The translations under genes and the position numbers were made by a program. Source: a virus (lineage: Duplodnaviria; Caudoviricetes). From it: DNA of 64,000 nt. Positions within the stretch are counted from its first letter, which is position 1. Every line of letters starts with the position of its first letter. Below the pieces are notes generated by a model. That model was not told the DNA's origin. It did not search any database and saw nothing but the letters and a program-made list of their open reading frames with translations. Location: positions 1-64,000 of the IMG/VR virus record IMGVR_UViG_3300033075_001751, one strand, 5' to 3'. Shown one piece after another: positions 1 through 8,987 of this stretch.

Positions 1-4
1 GAAA

Positions 5-298
5 ATGTTGACGTTAAACTTGAATAAAATGAAATCTGATCCTGTATTGGAAAATGCAGAAGGCGAAAAGCCTTTTATGATGAGCAAAAAACAGTTTGAT
101 ACAATGAACAATGCATTGAATGTATTGAATCAGATCGAACGAAATCTTACTCGTCTTATTCGGAAAAAATCATGTCAGTTATCACTGGGGGCTGGAATTG
201 GCGAAAATAAACTTTTGCTGGTTCAACAAACAGAAATTCTTGACGATCTCTTTTCAGAAATCAACGAAGCCAACCGTAAACTGCATGCCGGCGTTTGA
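5..298 (+). CDS. hypothetical protein
   Basis: 97-aa ORF with helical composition, co-oriented with and overlapping the next ORF; start uncertain. Confidence 0.55.
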   Translation: MLTLNLNKMKSDPVLENAEGEKPFMMSKKQFDTMNNALNVLNQIERNLTRLIRKKSCQLSLGAGIGENKLLLVQQTEILDDLFSEINEANRKLHAGV

Positions 299-554
299 GG
301 TTGAGTTCGAAGTCTACTGCAACACATGCGGACTCGGACTTTCCGGTGACTCGGAGACAGCAAACACCCGTAATAGAAATGCTCTTTCAGTGCGTGTGAA
401 TGCTTGTCCGGGTTGCATGGAAAAGAAAGATGACGAAATTTCAGAGTTGAAAGATCAACTTGCTACCATGGAAGCAGAATGGAACAATACGTTGACTGAG
501 AAGGATCAGCTTGAAACTGAACTTGAAGAGCTGAAAAAGGTCTTTACTGTTTGA
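285..554 (+). CDS. small Zn-ribbon (CxxC...CxxC) plus coiled-coil protein
   Basis: CNTC and CPGC pairs followed by heptad-like acidic helix; ATG at 285 preferred over the TTG at 198. Confidence 0.65.
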   Translation: MPAFEVEFEVYCNTCGLGLSGDSETANTRNRNALSVRVNACPGCMEKKDDEISELKDQLATMEAEWNNTLTEKDQLETELEELKKVFTV

Positions 555-831
555 TTTCTCCGTTTTCGTCTACTTCTACTTCATGGACAAATCCTTCAGC
601 CCGGGCTGCTTCAGTGATCAGGACGATCATACTGAGGATGGTTTCGGTATTGAAGTCAGGGTTTTTGTCAAGTTTTTCACCTTTTCCGATAGCCGCGCAC
701 ACTTCTACCATGTGTTTTTCGTCGGTAAACCAACCGCTTGTAAGCAACAAATGGTTGAGCCGTGAAAGGTAGTTCGTGCTCATTTTTACGGTTATTATTT
801 TTTCACCGTCAACATATTCGATCTTAGCCAT
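544..831 (-). CDS. hypothetical protein (95 aa), divergent from the UDG-like gene
   Basis: MAKIEYVDGEK...ENGEIKQ is protein-like and fills the gap between + strand genes; ATG at 831. Confidence 0.65.
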   Translation of the reverse strand: MAKIEYVDGEKIITVKMSTNYLSRLNHLLLTSGWFTDEKHMVEVCAAIGKGEKLDKNPDFNTETILSMIVLITEAARAEGFVHEVEVDENGEIKQ

Positions 832-1531
832 GTCGCAAGTTAATGAAAAAGTCTCAAAGCAAATAGACGATGCAATCGAGAGAATGCTGGAACGTCTCAA
901 ACCAGCCGGCTGGTACAGTTCTTTTGAATTTATCCTTGACTCAGCTGCTTTTAGGGATGTTCTGGCTACTCTCATGCATGATGTGGACCTGCAACACATT
1001 TTCTATCCGAAGATGTTGCACTGGTTCAAAACATTTGAAGAATGTCCTTTTGCGTTGGTAAGAACGATTATCGTTTCAGGTTTGCCGCCAAAACACTGGA
1101 AGACAGCGGTAGGAATTCCTTACAATACGATTGACCTCAAAAAGAGTATTGTCCACGATTGGTTTGAACGCGACATCAGGGAATCAAGTGGCGACAGGTT
1201 GTATGCGGTACCTACCGATCTGACCAAATGGACCAATCAAGGATTGCTTTTTCTTCCATGCGCTCTTACAAACGGGTTTGAGAGAGATCATTTTGAACTA
1301 TGGAAACCGGTGATGGTGGAAATTGTCGATATGCTTTCTCACAAATTTCCGGGAATACCTTGGGTGTTGATGGGAAACAAGGCTAAATGGTTTGAAGATC
1401 TGATCGACGGAAAGATTCTCTTCAGGCAACAGCCTCTCAACTCCCGCAACGTTCCTTGGGAAGGAAAAGGAATGTTTCACGAAATCAATGAAATCCTGCT
1501 TACGCAGGGAAAGGATGATTTTATATGGTAA
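830..1531 (+). CDS. uracil-DNA glycosylase family-1-like protein, catalytic motifs degenerate
   Basis: FYPKM..WFKTFEECP, DLTKWTNQGLLFL, H..LWKP, WVLMGNKA, F.EINE.L match the UNG scaffold; GQDPY appears as SGLPP and HPSPL as QQPLN. Confidence 0.8.
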   Translation: MSQVNEKVSKQIDDAIERMLERLKPAGWYSSFEFILDSAAFRDVLATLMHDVDLQHIFYPKMLHWFKTFEECPFALVRTIIVSGLPPKHWKTAVGIPYNTIDLKKSIVHDWFERDIRESSGDRLYAVPTDLTKWTNQGLLFLPCALTNGFERDHFELWKPVMVEIVDMLSHKFPGIPWVLMGNKAKWFEDLIDGKILFRQQPLNSRNVPWEGKGMFHEINEILLTQGKDDFIW

Positions 1532-2106
1532 ATTTTGATGATTTGCTGAAGGAAGGTGTTACTCCCAACGGCTTTTATGTGCTTTGTTGTCTTGACAAAG
1601 ATCTACCGATTTCTCCTTTGATCAATTTCAATCTGGAAGTTTCGCAAATACCTGAAAAGTTTGCGGACGTAGATGATCATTTGCATGCATGGCATATTTC
1701 TGCCGAGGGAGCAAAACTGGTGAAAAAGTTCTCACCCAAGGTCAAGGTGGAAGTGACCGACGAAATGATCAAGGAATTTCGAGACATTTTTCCGAATGAG
1801 ACGATTCACACCAGCGGTAAGAAAGCCAAGTCTACTCCGGGTGAAATCAGGTCTCAGTTTGAACGTTTTTTCAAGCATTACGACTACGGATGGAACACGA
1901 TTTTGAACGCAACACGTCAGTATGTCGACGAGTATGAAAAGAAACGACCTGCTTATTCTTACATGCGTGCTGCCAATTGGTTCATCATCAAACAGGAGTC
2001 GGGATCGGCTGTAACTTCTGATCTTGCCGCCTACTGCGAGGCTATCGTGGAGGACGGAAAAAGTTTTGAAGAAGCTCCAAAACGCTTGCGTAGTGATGTG
2101 GTATGA
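1525..2106 (+). CDS. putative replication initiation/helicase-loader-associated protein
   Basis: Sits directly upstream of DnaB; W..IL.AT..YV.EY..YMR.A..FI.KQ motif; function inferred from position. Confidence 0.5.
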   Translation: MVNFDDLLKEGVTPNGFYVLCCLDKDLPISPLINFNLEVSQIPEKFADVDDHLHAWHISAEGAKLVKKFSPKVKVEVTDEMIKEFRDIFPNETIHTSGKKAKSTPGEIRSQFERFFKHYDYGWNTILNATRQYVDEYEKKRPAYSYMRAANWFIIKQESGSAVTSDLAAYCEAIVEDGKSFEEAPKRLRSDVV

Positions 2107-2112
2107 TGTAAA

Positions 2113-3102
2113 TTGGAAACCCTTTCGGCTATTTCTATGAAGTGGATTTCCAAAACTCATCAGCGTCAAGAGGCGTTACAATACATTGACGATCGACGAA
2201 AAGGACTGATTACGTCGTTCAAAACGCCATGGGACCGTATCAACGATGCAACCTGTGACGGAATCGAATGGGGTACAGTGACAATCATTGCCGGTAGACC
2301 AAGTAACGGAAAGTCTTTGTTCAAAGATCAGCTGGTAAACGAAGGTATGCTACTGAACAACGGTAGTACCGAGATCAGGAATTTGAGCTTTTCGATGGAC
2401 ATGAGCTCATTGATGGTAGGTCTGAGAGAAATTTCCGCCGGCACCGGTAAAACCTATACCGAGTTGTGCAGTACCAGGGGTTATGTGGTAAGTGATGAGG
2501 ACATGATGGCGTGTTTCGCTACGGTTGCGTCCAACAACTCTTATCCTTGTGATGTAATCGAAGACAGTCCTACGGTTAGACAATTCGAAGAGATTGTTAC
2601 TGAGTACATGGAAGCTCATCCAAATTCGAAAGTCATTGTTGATGTGGACCACATGATCCTATTCGAACTGTCTGACGAGTTTGACGATCAAACCAAAGCT
2701 CTCTATGGAGTCTGCAATGCAGTACGCCGACTCAAGAAGAAATACAAGCAACGGATTCTGTTTCTTTTGTTGAATCAGATTCTCAAGGATGCCGACAAGT
2801 TTGACAGGAATGAAGATGGGTTGCTTGCCAACTATCCTACGACCGGAGATTTGTTTGGCGGAGATGCAACAATGCAATTGGCGGATACCGTATTTGCGTT
2901 GAAAATGCCGTGGAAAAACGGTATCAACTACTACGGTCCGGACCGCTACATCATCGACGATCCGAGCATCATTGCTTGTCACGTAATGAAAGCCAGGAAT
3001 AACAGTGTCCGGTTGTCTTTCTTTGGAGCAGACTTTGCTCACATGAGAATTACCGACATTCCTATTCCTGGACAGCAGCAGTCAAGAAGTAAAGGAAGAT
3101 AA
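2113..3102 (+). CDS. dnaB: DnaB-like replicative helicase (C-terminal RecA-fold domain)
   Basis: Walker A AGRPSNGKS, SFSMDMS, Walker B VDVDH, LNQ, DLFGGDATMQLAD, KARN arginine finger. Confidence 0.9.
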   Translation: METLSAISMKWISKTHQRQEALQYIDDRRKGLITSFKTPWDRINDATCDGIEWGTVTIIAGRPSNGKSLFKDQLVNEGMLLNNGSTEIRNLSFSMDMSSLMVGLREISAGTGKTYTELCSTRGYVVSDEDMMACFATVASNNSYPCDVIEDSPTVRQFEEIVTEYMEAHPNSKVIVDVDHMILFELSDEFDDQTKALYGVCNAVRRLKKKYKQRILFLLLNQILKDADKFDRNEDGLLANYPTTGDLFGGDATMQLADTVFALKMPWKNGINYYGPDRYIIDDPSIIACHVMKARNNSVRLSFFGADFAHMRITDIPIPGQQQSRSKGR

Positions 3103-3103
3103 A

Positions 3104-3625
3104 ATGAATACAAGTAATGAAAGACCCTCCAAAGAGGAGATCCAGAAGAGAAAAAACGAAATTCGGGAGTATCACCAACCAATGTTAGACTCATTGGGTA
3201 TTCCACTGGTGTACGTCGTCGGAAAAATGCACAAGCAAAATTCTGAAGGCAACGATGTTGTTTTTCTGTTTCCTACGGAGCTGGAAAAGGGAGATGACGT
3301 GTACATCGAGTTTACCACCCGGGATTATTTGCCAGCTACTTCTGAAAGGAAGTTGTATAAATGGTGTTTCAATCCAAATTGGAGGAAAGATTACCCGACA
3401 GTAGAAGGTAGCGATCACCGGTTGATTCCTTTCAGTGAGTTCAAAGAAGTGGTTGCTCCAGTCAAAGCTAAAGATACCCGATTTGAATTACCTGTACCAG
3501 GTAGTGAAGAAGACTGTGCAATGAAGGATATGACATTGCGGGATCATCTTACGCTCAAATACGGTAAACCTTATTCACTGAAACCGTGGTTGAACAAAAT
3601 TGTACTTGAAAATTCGAAGGTATGA
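3104..3625 (+). CDS. hypothetical protein
   Basis: 173-aa ORF tightly coupled in the replication operon. Confidence 0.75.
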   Translation: MNTSNERPSKEEIQKRKNEIREYHQPMLDSLGIPLVYVVGKMHKQNSEGNDVVFLFPTELEKGDDVYIEFTTRDYLPATSERKLYKWCFNPNWRKDYPTVEGSDHRLIPFSEFKEVVAPVKAKDTRFELPVPGSEEDCAMKDMTLRDHLTLKYGKPYSLKPWLNKIVLENSKV

Positions 3626-4449
3626 GAGAGATTGAGCTCCCGACGGAGACTATTAAGCCCAACGACCCAAAGCTGGCGAAGCTTTTGTTGTTTGGAGAAA
3701 GTGGTGTAGGTAAATCACCCATTGCAGCGCAGCTGCCAAATTCGCTGGTTCTCAGCTTTGATCCCAGTGGGATGAAGTTTGTAGAAGCCTGTTATGTGCA
3801 GATCAAGGAGTTCGATGACTTGCGGGTTATTCAGGAGGCTATTCGCAAGCACCGGAAAGAAGAACGGACAAAACTTGCAGCCGATCCTACCTACATTGGT
3901 AAGGATAAATACAAGTTCATTGTGGTTGACACGATTACATACTTGGTGGACCTTTGTGTCACCGAGGCAGAAAATATGTATTCGCGCAGTCCAATGGGTA
4001 AGTATTGGTTTGTCGGGAAGGATGCTGAACCCAGTGGCAAACAGCAGTACGGAAGCATCTTGAGTTTGGCTGACGGTGCCGGTTATGCGTGGTTGCGCCA
4101 AGCAGTGGAATCAGCATTGGACATCATTGAAACCATGGCTGCAAACGTGGTCATTCTTGCGCACACTCGCACTAATCGTGAGTCAGACCAAGTGGACAGC
4201 AAGAACATCGATCTTCCTGGCAAGCTCGTGGACATCGTGTGTCGCCGCATGGAGGCGGTAGGACACCTTGCACGTATCGCGGATGATCGTGTGACAGCTA
4301 CTTTTCAAGTAGGAAAAAAGTTGTCGTCCAAATCAAAGATTGACAGGCTCGAAGGGAATGTTTTTGTGATTTCCCAAAAGAAAGATGGAAAAATCGTCAC
4401 ATACTGGGACGAAATTTTTGATATTTTGAAACCAGAAGTAAAAGCATGA
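3622..4449 (+). CDS. AAA_24/Sak4-like P-loop ATPase (putative recombination protein)
   Basis: Walker A GESGVGKS, Walker B IVVDT, GAGY.WLR, VILAH; adjacent to SSB. Confidence 0.85.
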   Translation: MREIELPTETIKPNDPKLAKLLLFGESGVGKSPIAAQLPNSLVLSFDPSGMKFVEACYVQIKEFDDLRVIQEAIRKHRKEERTKLAADPTYIGKDKYKFIVVDTITYLVDLCVTEAENMYSRSPMGKYWFVGKDAEPSGKQQYGSILSLADGAGYAWLRQAVESALDIIETMAANVVILAHTRTNRESDQVDSKNIDLPGKLVDIVCRRMEAVGHLARIADDRVTATFQVGKKLSSKSKIDRLEGNVFVISQKKDGKIVTYWDEIFDILKPEVKA

Positions 4450-5198
4450 AGACTGGAGAAATCAAGACAGGTGGAGGCGGAAGCTTCACGAATTACAAGT
4501 TGCAACCGGAAACGCAAATCATTTTCATTGAATCGTTTGACATACGTCCTGCGACTTATTCAAGTGCAGCACCGGATGAAGTTACCCTTTCAATGCAATG
4601 TCGCGGACCGGCGATTGAAGGATTTCAAGGATTTGCTTACGACAAGAACGACGCAAGCAAAGGAAAGCGCGATCATCAAGTCGGTTGGATCAAAGCAGAC
4701 AAATTCAATTACGCCAGCAAAACTGTTGGAGGTAAAGAAATTGATCGCGATACCAGCATCGGTCGGTTCATGATTGAAGTGATGACCGCCTTGGGCTGCA
4801 AGGAATGGTTGGACTCGGTGGATCCGGAAGGAATCATGAATTTGGAAATCTGGTTCAAGAAAATCAATGCTGCGGATGCTCCTTGGAGAAACAAACCTTT
4901 GCGGACATGCGTTGCGTGCCGGCAATACTGGAAAAAACCTCCTGGAAAATATGCCGAGAACGATCTGTTCATCGTCAGGTGGAAAGCTGATCAAGTTCGG
5001 ATGGAAGACGGAAACATTCCTGAATCTGAATCAAAAGTTGTGAAATGGGATTCCAACAATCCTGAACACATGGAACGTGCTGTCAATCCAGCTCTTCTTC
5101 CAGGATTCAAAGGAGAAACCAAAGCTGGTGCATCTGCTACACCTCCTGTTACGGGTGACAGTGCTGCAGCTGGCGCAGACGACGACATTCCGTTCTGA
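4446..5198 (+). CDS. putative single-stranded DNA-binding protein
   Basis: Beta-rich core, Ala/Pro linker and acidic C-terminal tip DDDIPF (canonical SSB tail). Confidence 0.75.
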   Translation: MKTGEIKTGGGGSFTNYKLQPETQIIFIESFDIRPATYSSAAPDEVTLSMQCRGPAIEGFQGFAYDKNDASKGKRDHQVGWIKADKFNYASKTVGGKEIDRDTSIGRFMIEVMTALGCKEWLDSVDPEGIMNLEIWFKKINAADAPWRNKPLRTCVACRQYWKKPPGKYAENDLFIVRWKADQVRMEDGNIPESESKVVKWDSNNPEHMERAVNPALLPGFKGETKAGASATPPVTGDSAAAGADDDIPF

Positions 5199-5226
5199 TA
5201 ACGGTTTCATTATCAATGTATTACAT

Positions 5227-5258
5227 AACAGGGAGGACTTACAATCCTCCCTGTTTTT
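5227..5258 (+). terminator. intrinsic terminator after SSB
   Basis: AACAGGGAGGA-cttacaa-TCCTCCCTGTT perfect 11-bp stem running into T tract. Confidence 0.8.
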
Positions 5259-5270
5259 CATAAAATCATC

Positions 5271-6215
5271 ATGAGGACAGATGTATTGACAATTCGTGAT
5301 GTGCCTCCTTCCTGGATTTACGAGTATTACCTGGGTATTGAGTTACAGGGTAATACTACCAAAGCTCAGTCTCCGCTTGGACCTACCGACAGAAGACCTA
5401 GCTTGTCTATCCATCGACACGAAGGAGGAGTATGGACTTGGGCTGATTTTCGAGCTGGAAAAAAAGGTAACGCTGCGGGATTGATCTATGAGATGATGCT
5501 TGAAGGAAAGATTGTTTTGACATCATTTTCTCCCAACTATGAAGGGATTTGCAAAATGATTGTTCATGATTATCGGGAATACCTTACGTCAGGAAAAGTC
5601 TACAAAGAACCCGAAGCTGCTGATCGCTGGAGATTCTCAGGATATGGGTTAAGAGGATGGAGTGAAGCAGACAGAGATTTTTGGGCTCCATTTGGACTTG
5701 GTTCGGAACAGCTTGAAGCAAATCGGGTTGCTCCTTTGAGTTGGTACGAGTATGAAAAGGAAAATGGTTCTGATCAATTTCGGACCGAGAGTATCAACTT
5801 GTACGGGTATTTTACAAAAGCCGGTTTACTCTATAAGATTTATCAGCCTTACTTTGCTGACAAAAAGTACAGAAAGGTTCGTAACTATCTTGAAGGTAGT
5901 GAAGACATCAATCCGAAATGGAAACACACAATCGTCATGTCAGGAAAGAAAGACAAAATGTGTTTTCAACTGTTGGGTTTGGAATTCAATGTGCTTTGCC
6001 CGGATTGCGAAACGTCATTGTTGGACATTGATCCGAGCATACCCATCATGCTCGATAATGACTTAGCCGGTCACCAAGCAATGGCAAAATACAGAGAAAA
6101 AGGTCACAAATGCATTGATATGGGGATGGAGAAAGATTTTGCGCTATGTGTGCGCAACCATCCTCTTGATCAAGTGCGAGACAGATTTATTCACGCTTTT
6201 ACAACACGGTCATGA
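5271..6215 (+). CDS. DNA primase (TOPRIM), crAss-like type
   Basis: SPL..TDRRPSL, W.DF, KIYQP, SGKKD, LDND.AG TOPRIM acidic motif, KDFA. Confidence 0.85.
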   Translation: MRTDVLTIRDVPPSWIYEYYLGIELQGNTTKAQSPLGPTDRRPSLSIHRHEGGVWTWADFRAGKKGNAAGLIYEMMLEGKIVLTSFSPNYEGICKMIVHDYREYLTSGKVYKEPEAADRWRFSGYGLRGWSEADRDFWAPFGLGSEQLEANRVAPLSWYEYEKENGSDQFRTESINLYGYFTKAGLLYKIYQPYFADKKYRKVRNYLEGSEDINPKWKHTIVMSGKKDKMCFQLLGLEFNVLCPDCETSLLDIDPSIPIMLDNDLAGHQAMAKYREKGHKCIDMGMEKDFALCVRNHPLDQVRDRFIHAFTTRS

Positions 6216-6409
6216 ATACCCGAAGTCTTTTTGTAAATTATTGTTGGGAAGAGGGGGGATCAAAAGGAGAAGGAAACAAAGTTATACCTATTACCGGTCC
6301 TTTGGATGAAAAATGTTTAAGAGATATTGAAAAGAAAATCAAAACCGATCGCGGGTATTACAATGTAGTGATTCGCTTTTTTAGTTTACTTGAACAAGCT
6401 GAATCATGA
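6212..6409 (+). CDS. hypothetical protein
   Basis: ATGA overlaps at both ends. Confidence 0.6.
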   Translation: MNTRSLFVNYCWEEGGSKGEGNKVIPITGPLDEKCLRDIEKKIKTDRGYYNVVIRFFSLLEQAES

Positions 6410-6633
6410 GTCTTGTCAAAGAAACAATAGAAAGACTGAAACGCGAAGCGGTATGGTCTACTCCGCCAACTCTCAGAGGTGGTCAATCTGTGGGAAAAAT
6501 AGATACGACTGCAATTTTGACAAGCGATGAGACTGGATTTTCGATCAGTATTGGTTATCACAGGTCTCAATACAAAAACAAAGAGACAGCAATGCTTTTG
6601 TTCGAACTTTACTTGAGTGACATTTTTAAATGA
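6406..6633 (+). CDS. hypothetical protein (short, RF-1/peptidyl-tRNA-hydrolase-like GGQ fragment)
   Basis: RGGQSVGK...RSQYKNKE.A resembles the GGQ..NK / RSQ..NK..A motifs of the RF-1/ArfB domain. Confidence 0.55.
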   Translation: MSLVKETIERLKREAVWSTPPTLRGGQSVGKIDTTAILTSDETGFSISIGYHRSQYKNKETAMLLFELYLSDIFK

Positions 6634-6636
6634 AAA

Positions 6637-7164
6637 ATGATGAGATACGTTATCATTGGAATTGACATAGGAAATGACGGAGCAATTGTAGTGCAACATC
6701 GTACAGGGCTCAAGTCATCTCATCCTATTGTTTGTCACCGGATGCCTGTAAAAGGTTCCAAAAAACCTTCTGTGGACATTGCCCGGTTGCGTGATATTCT
6801 TAGTCCTCACGTTGGTCAAGATACGCTTGTCATTTACGAAAGGATCGGACAAATCTTTAAGTCTACCAAAGCTACTGCCTTTTCAATGGGATATCAAAGA
6901 GGAGTGATTGAATCGCTATGCGTATCGTTAAATCTTCCTTACCTGGATGTTCCTCCGAAAGAATGGCAAGCAGAAATGTTCATTGGTACACCCGAGATGA
7001 AAACCAAAGATGATAAGCGCGATACAAAAGGTATGTCTGCTGTGGCTGCGCGGAGATTGCATCCTGAGTTGGATTTGACTTTTCCGGGAATGAAAAAGCC
7101 TTTTCATGATGGGCTTTGCGATGCTCTTTTGATTGGCGATTACGCAATACGTAAAAATCTATGA
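6637..7164 (+). CDS. RuvC-like Holliday junction resolvase
   Basis: IIGIDIGNDGAI, IYE, TAFSMG, VPPKEWQ, HDGLCDALLI. Confidence 0.9.
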   Translation: MMRYVIIGIDIGNDGAIVVQHRTGLKSSHPIVCHRMPVKGSKKPSVDIARLRDILSPHVGQDTLVIYERIGQIFKSTKATAFSMGYQRGVIESLCVSLNLPYLDVPPKEWQAEMFIGTPEMKTKDDKRDTKGMSAVAARRLHPELDLTFPGMKKPFHDGLCDALLIGDYAIRKNL

Positions 7165-7472
7165 CGATGGAAAATGAAACATTGAGGCAAGAATCTCGCG
7201 ACAAAATTCGAGAAATGCTGAACAAAGCAGATGGTGTAGAGGAAGTACTTTCGCAAGAACAAATCAAAGCTTTGCAAAAAGAGAACAGAGATTTGGAAGA
7301 TGAAGTGAAAAGTCTCGGTCGAGAACTTGAACATTTGCGTGACAAAAGTCCAAATGACATTCCGGCATACACGTTACCTGCGCAAGAAGTCGTTGATCTT
7401 GTCAAAGAAAACATTGACAAGTTGACCCGACATCATTTACTTTTTGAGGAATTTCTTCAATTGTTGGAATAA
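7161..7472 (+). CDS. hypothetical coiled-coil protein
   Basis: Heptad-rich 103-aa ORF in operon. Confidence 0.65.
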   Translation: MTMENETLRQESRDKIREMLNKADGVEEVLSQEQIKALQKENRDLEDEVKSLGRELEHLRDKSPNDIPAYTLPAQEVVDLVKENIDKLTRHHLLFEEFLQLLE

Positions 7473-7816
7473 TGGAACAGTTTGAAAAGATCAATGAGCT
7501 ACTACGACGGACTGAAGACAGAGCATTGGGTGTGACGATGCTGGAGCAGCTCACCGATCTCGAAATTCTGGTTCATGTCTTGAGCAATCCTCAAATCGTC
7601 TGGACACGTCTTCTTTCAAACAAAATTGGGGGTATGATGTCAGAACTGATTCTCAGTTCGAACATGCATTCAAAATCTGAATTTGTCGATGAGAAAGGTT
7701 TTACTGTGAATTGGGAGGCTTTCAAATCGAACGGTTTATATACCATACCTTCAATTGTGACAAAGCTCATGGTGTTGGATAAAGCTCAGATGAAATGGCT
7801 ACTGAAGTGCGTATGA
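7472..7816 (+). CDS. hypothetical protein, helical-tag paralog family
   Basis: N-terminus EQFEKINELLRRTEDRALGVTML. Confidence 0.7.
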   Translation: MEQFEKINELLRRTEDRALGVTMLEQLTDLEILVHVLSNPQIVWTRLLSNKIGGMMSELILSSNMHSKSEFVDEKGFTVNWEAFKSNGLYTIPSIVTKLMVLDKAQMKWLLKCV

Positions 7817-8211
7817 CTCCCGAGCAATGGATAAAGATTGCAGATTTAATGAAAGGAGATATTGAGTCTGTGAAGATTGGTCTTTCCATGATCAACTCTT
7901 TTCCGATGACTGGAAACCGCGCTGCTGTCGTTACCCTTGCAATTATTCTCGAAAATCATATCGGAAATAACAAAGGATCAGTTAGAGATATGTGGGCAAC
8001 CTACTGCAAGAATTGGTACTGGTTTCTCTACAGCATCAACAGTAGTTTAGCTGGAATACATTCTCCTCGTCGTGAAGTCAGAGGAAAAAGCTATCCTCAT
8101 GTTCTTATCGTATGGATCAATCAACCTAAACGCACACCAGATGAAAAAGAATGGGTCGAGTTCTACAAAAAGTGGATCGAAGACACAGATAAGGGAGGAT
8201 TCCTTCCTTAA
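7813..8211 (+). CDS. hypothetical protein, helical-tag paralog family
   Basis: N-terminus MTPEQWIKIADLMKGDIESVKIGLSMI; ATGA overlap at 7813. Confidence 0.7.
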   Translation: MTPEQWIKIADLMKGDIESVKIGLSMINSFPMTGNRAAVVTLAIILENHIGNNKGSVRDMWATYCKNWYWFLYSINSSLAGIHSPRREVRGKSYPHVLIVWINQPKRTPDEKEWVEFYKKWIEDTDKGGFLP

Positions 8212-8485
8212 AATTCTTGAGCTGGTGCGGTCCAACAGTCGAGATGATTTGAATCTTGCTTTTGTTCTTCTCGATCAATTCAAACCGAACATGTGGGAGA
8301 AAATGCAACTGAATTATACTCTCAGAAGGATTTCTGATTGGATTACAGATGACTTGGTAGAAGAACAGCCCACCCGAAAATACCTATGGGAAGGTCGTAC
8401 CTGGGATAAAATGATCCATCGTGTCGAAAAAGAGCTGTATGAAAAATGTGACGAGTTGTGGTGGACCTATTGTAATCCTTTCTGA
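8141..8485 (+). CDS. hypothetical protein, helical-tag paralog family (start uncertain: ATG 8141 or ATA 8189)
   Basis: REDSFLKILELVRSNSRDDLNLAFVLL. Confidence 0.65.
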   Translation: MKKNGSSSTKSGSKTQIREDSFLKILELVRSNSRDDLNLAFVLLDQFKPNMWEKMQLNYTLRRISDWITDDLVEEQPTRKYLWEGRTWDKMIHRVEKELYEKCDELWWTYCNPF

Positions 8486-8982
8486 TGAATGAGCAACAAT
8501 ACTTGAAAATTCTGGAGCTTCTCCGGGAAAAAGATTCAGTTGAATTGGGTAAAGAGATGATGTTGAGTTTTCGAAGAGACCTTCATCCTTTCGGGTTTGT
8601 TCTTTTTGCAATGCTTGCCTATGAAGTAGACCGGATTCGTTGGGACGACATTATGTATGGACGCGCAAGAACTTTTTTTGAAAGAGACACTTATCGTAAC
8701 GGATGTTTACATGACGTGCGATTATTAAAAGAGTGTATTCTTCACAACAGTAATTCTTGTGATGCCCTTGACAACTGGTTAAGCAAACAAGGTTTCAAGT
8801 CTTACGAGGATTCGGATCGCAAACGCCAATACTTGTTGTTGTTTTTCAGAAGACTTTATCGATTAAAGTTTTCAATTTACGATATCGAACATTGGTTGTT
8901 TGAGCTGGAAAACAATAACTCTTATACTCTTGGAGTCGAATTACCTGTTTACAACATTACTAGAGATGAAATTATCAATTAA
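8485..8982 (+). CDS. hypothetical protein, helical-tag paralog family
   Basis: N-terminus MNEQQYLKILELLREKDSVELGKEMM. Confidence 0.7.
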   Translation: MNEQQYLKILELLREKDSVELGKEMMLSFRRDLHPFGFVLFAMLAYEVDRIRWDDIMYGRARTFFERDTYRNGCLHDVRLLKECILHNSNSCDALDNWLSKQGFKSYEDSDRKRQYLLLFFRRLYRLKFSIYDIEHWLFELENNNSYTLGVELPVYNITRDEIIN

Positions 8983-8987
8983 AGAAT

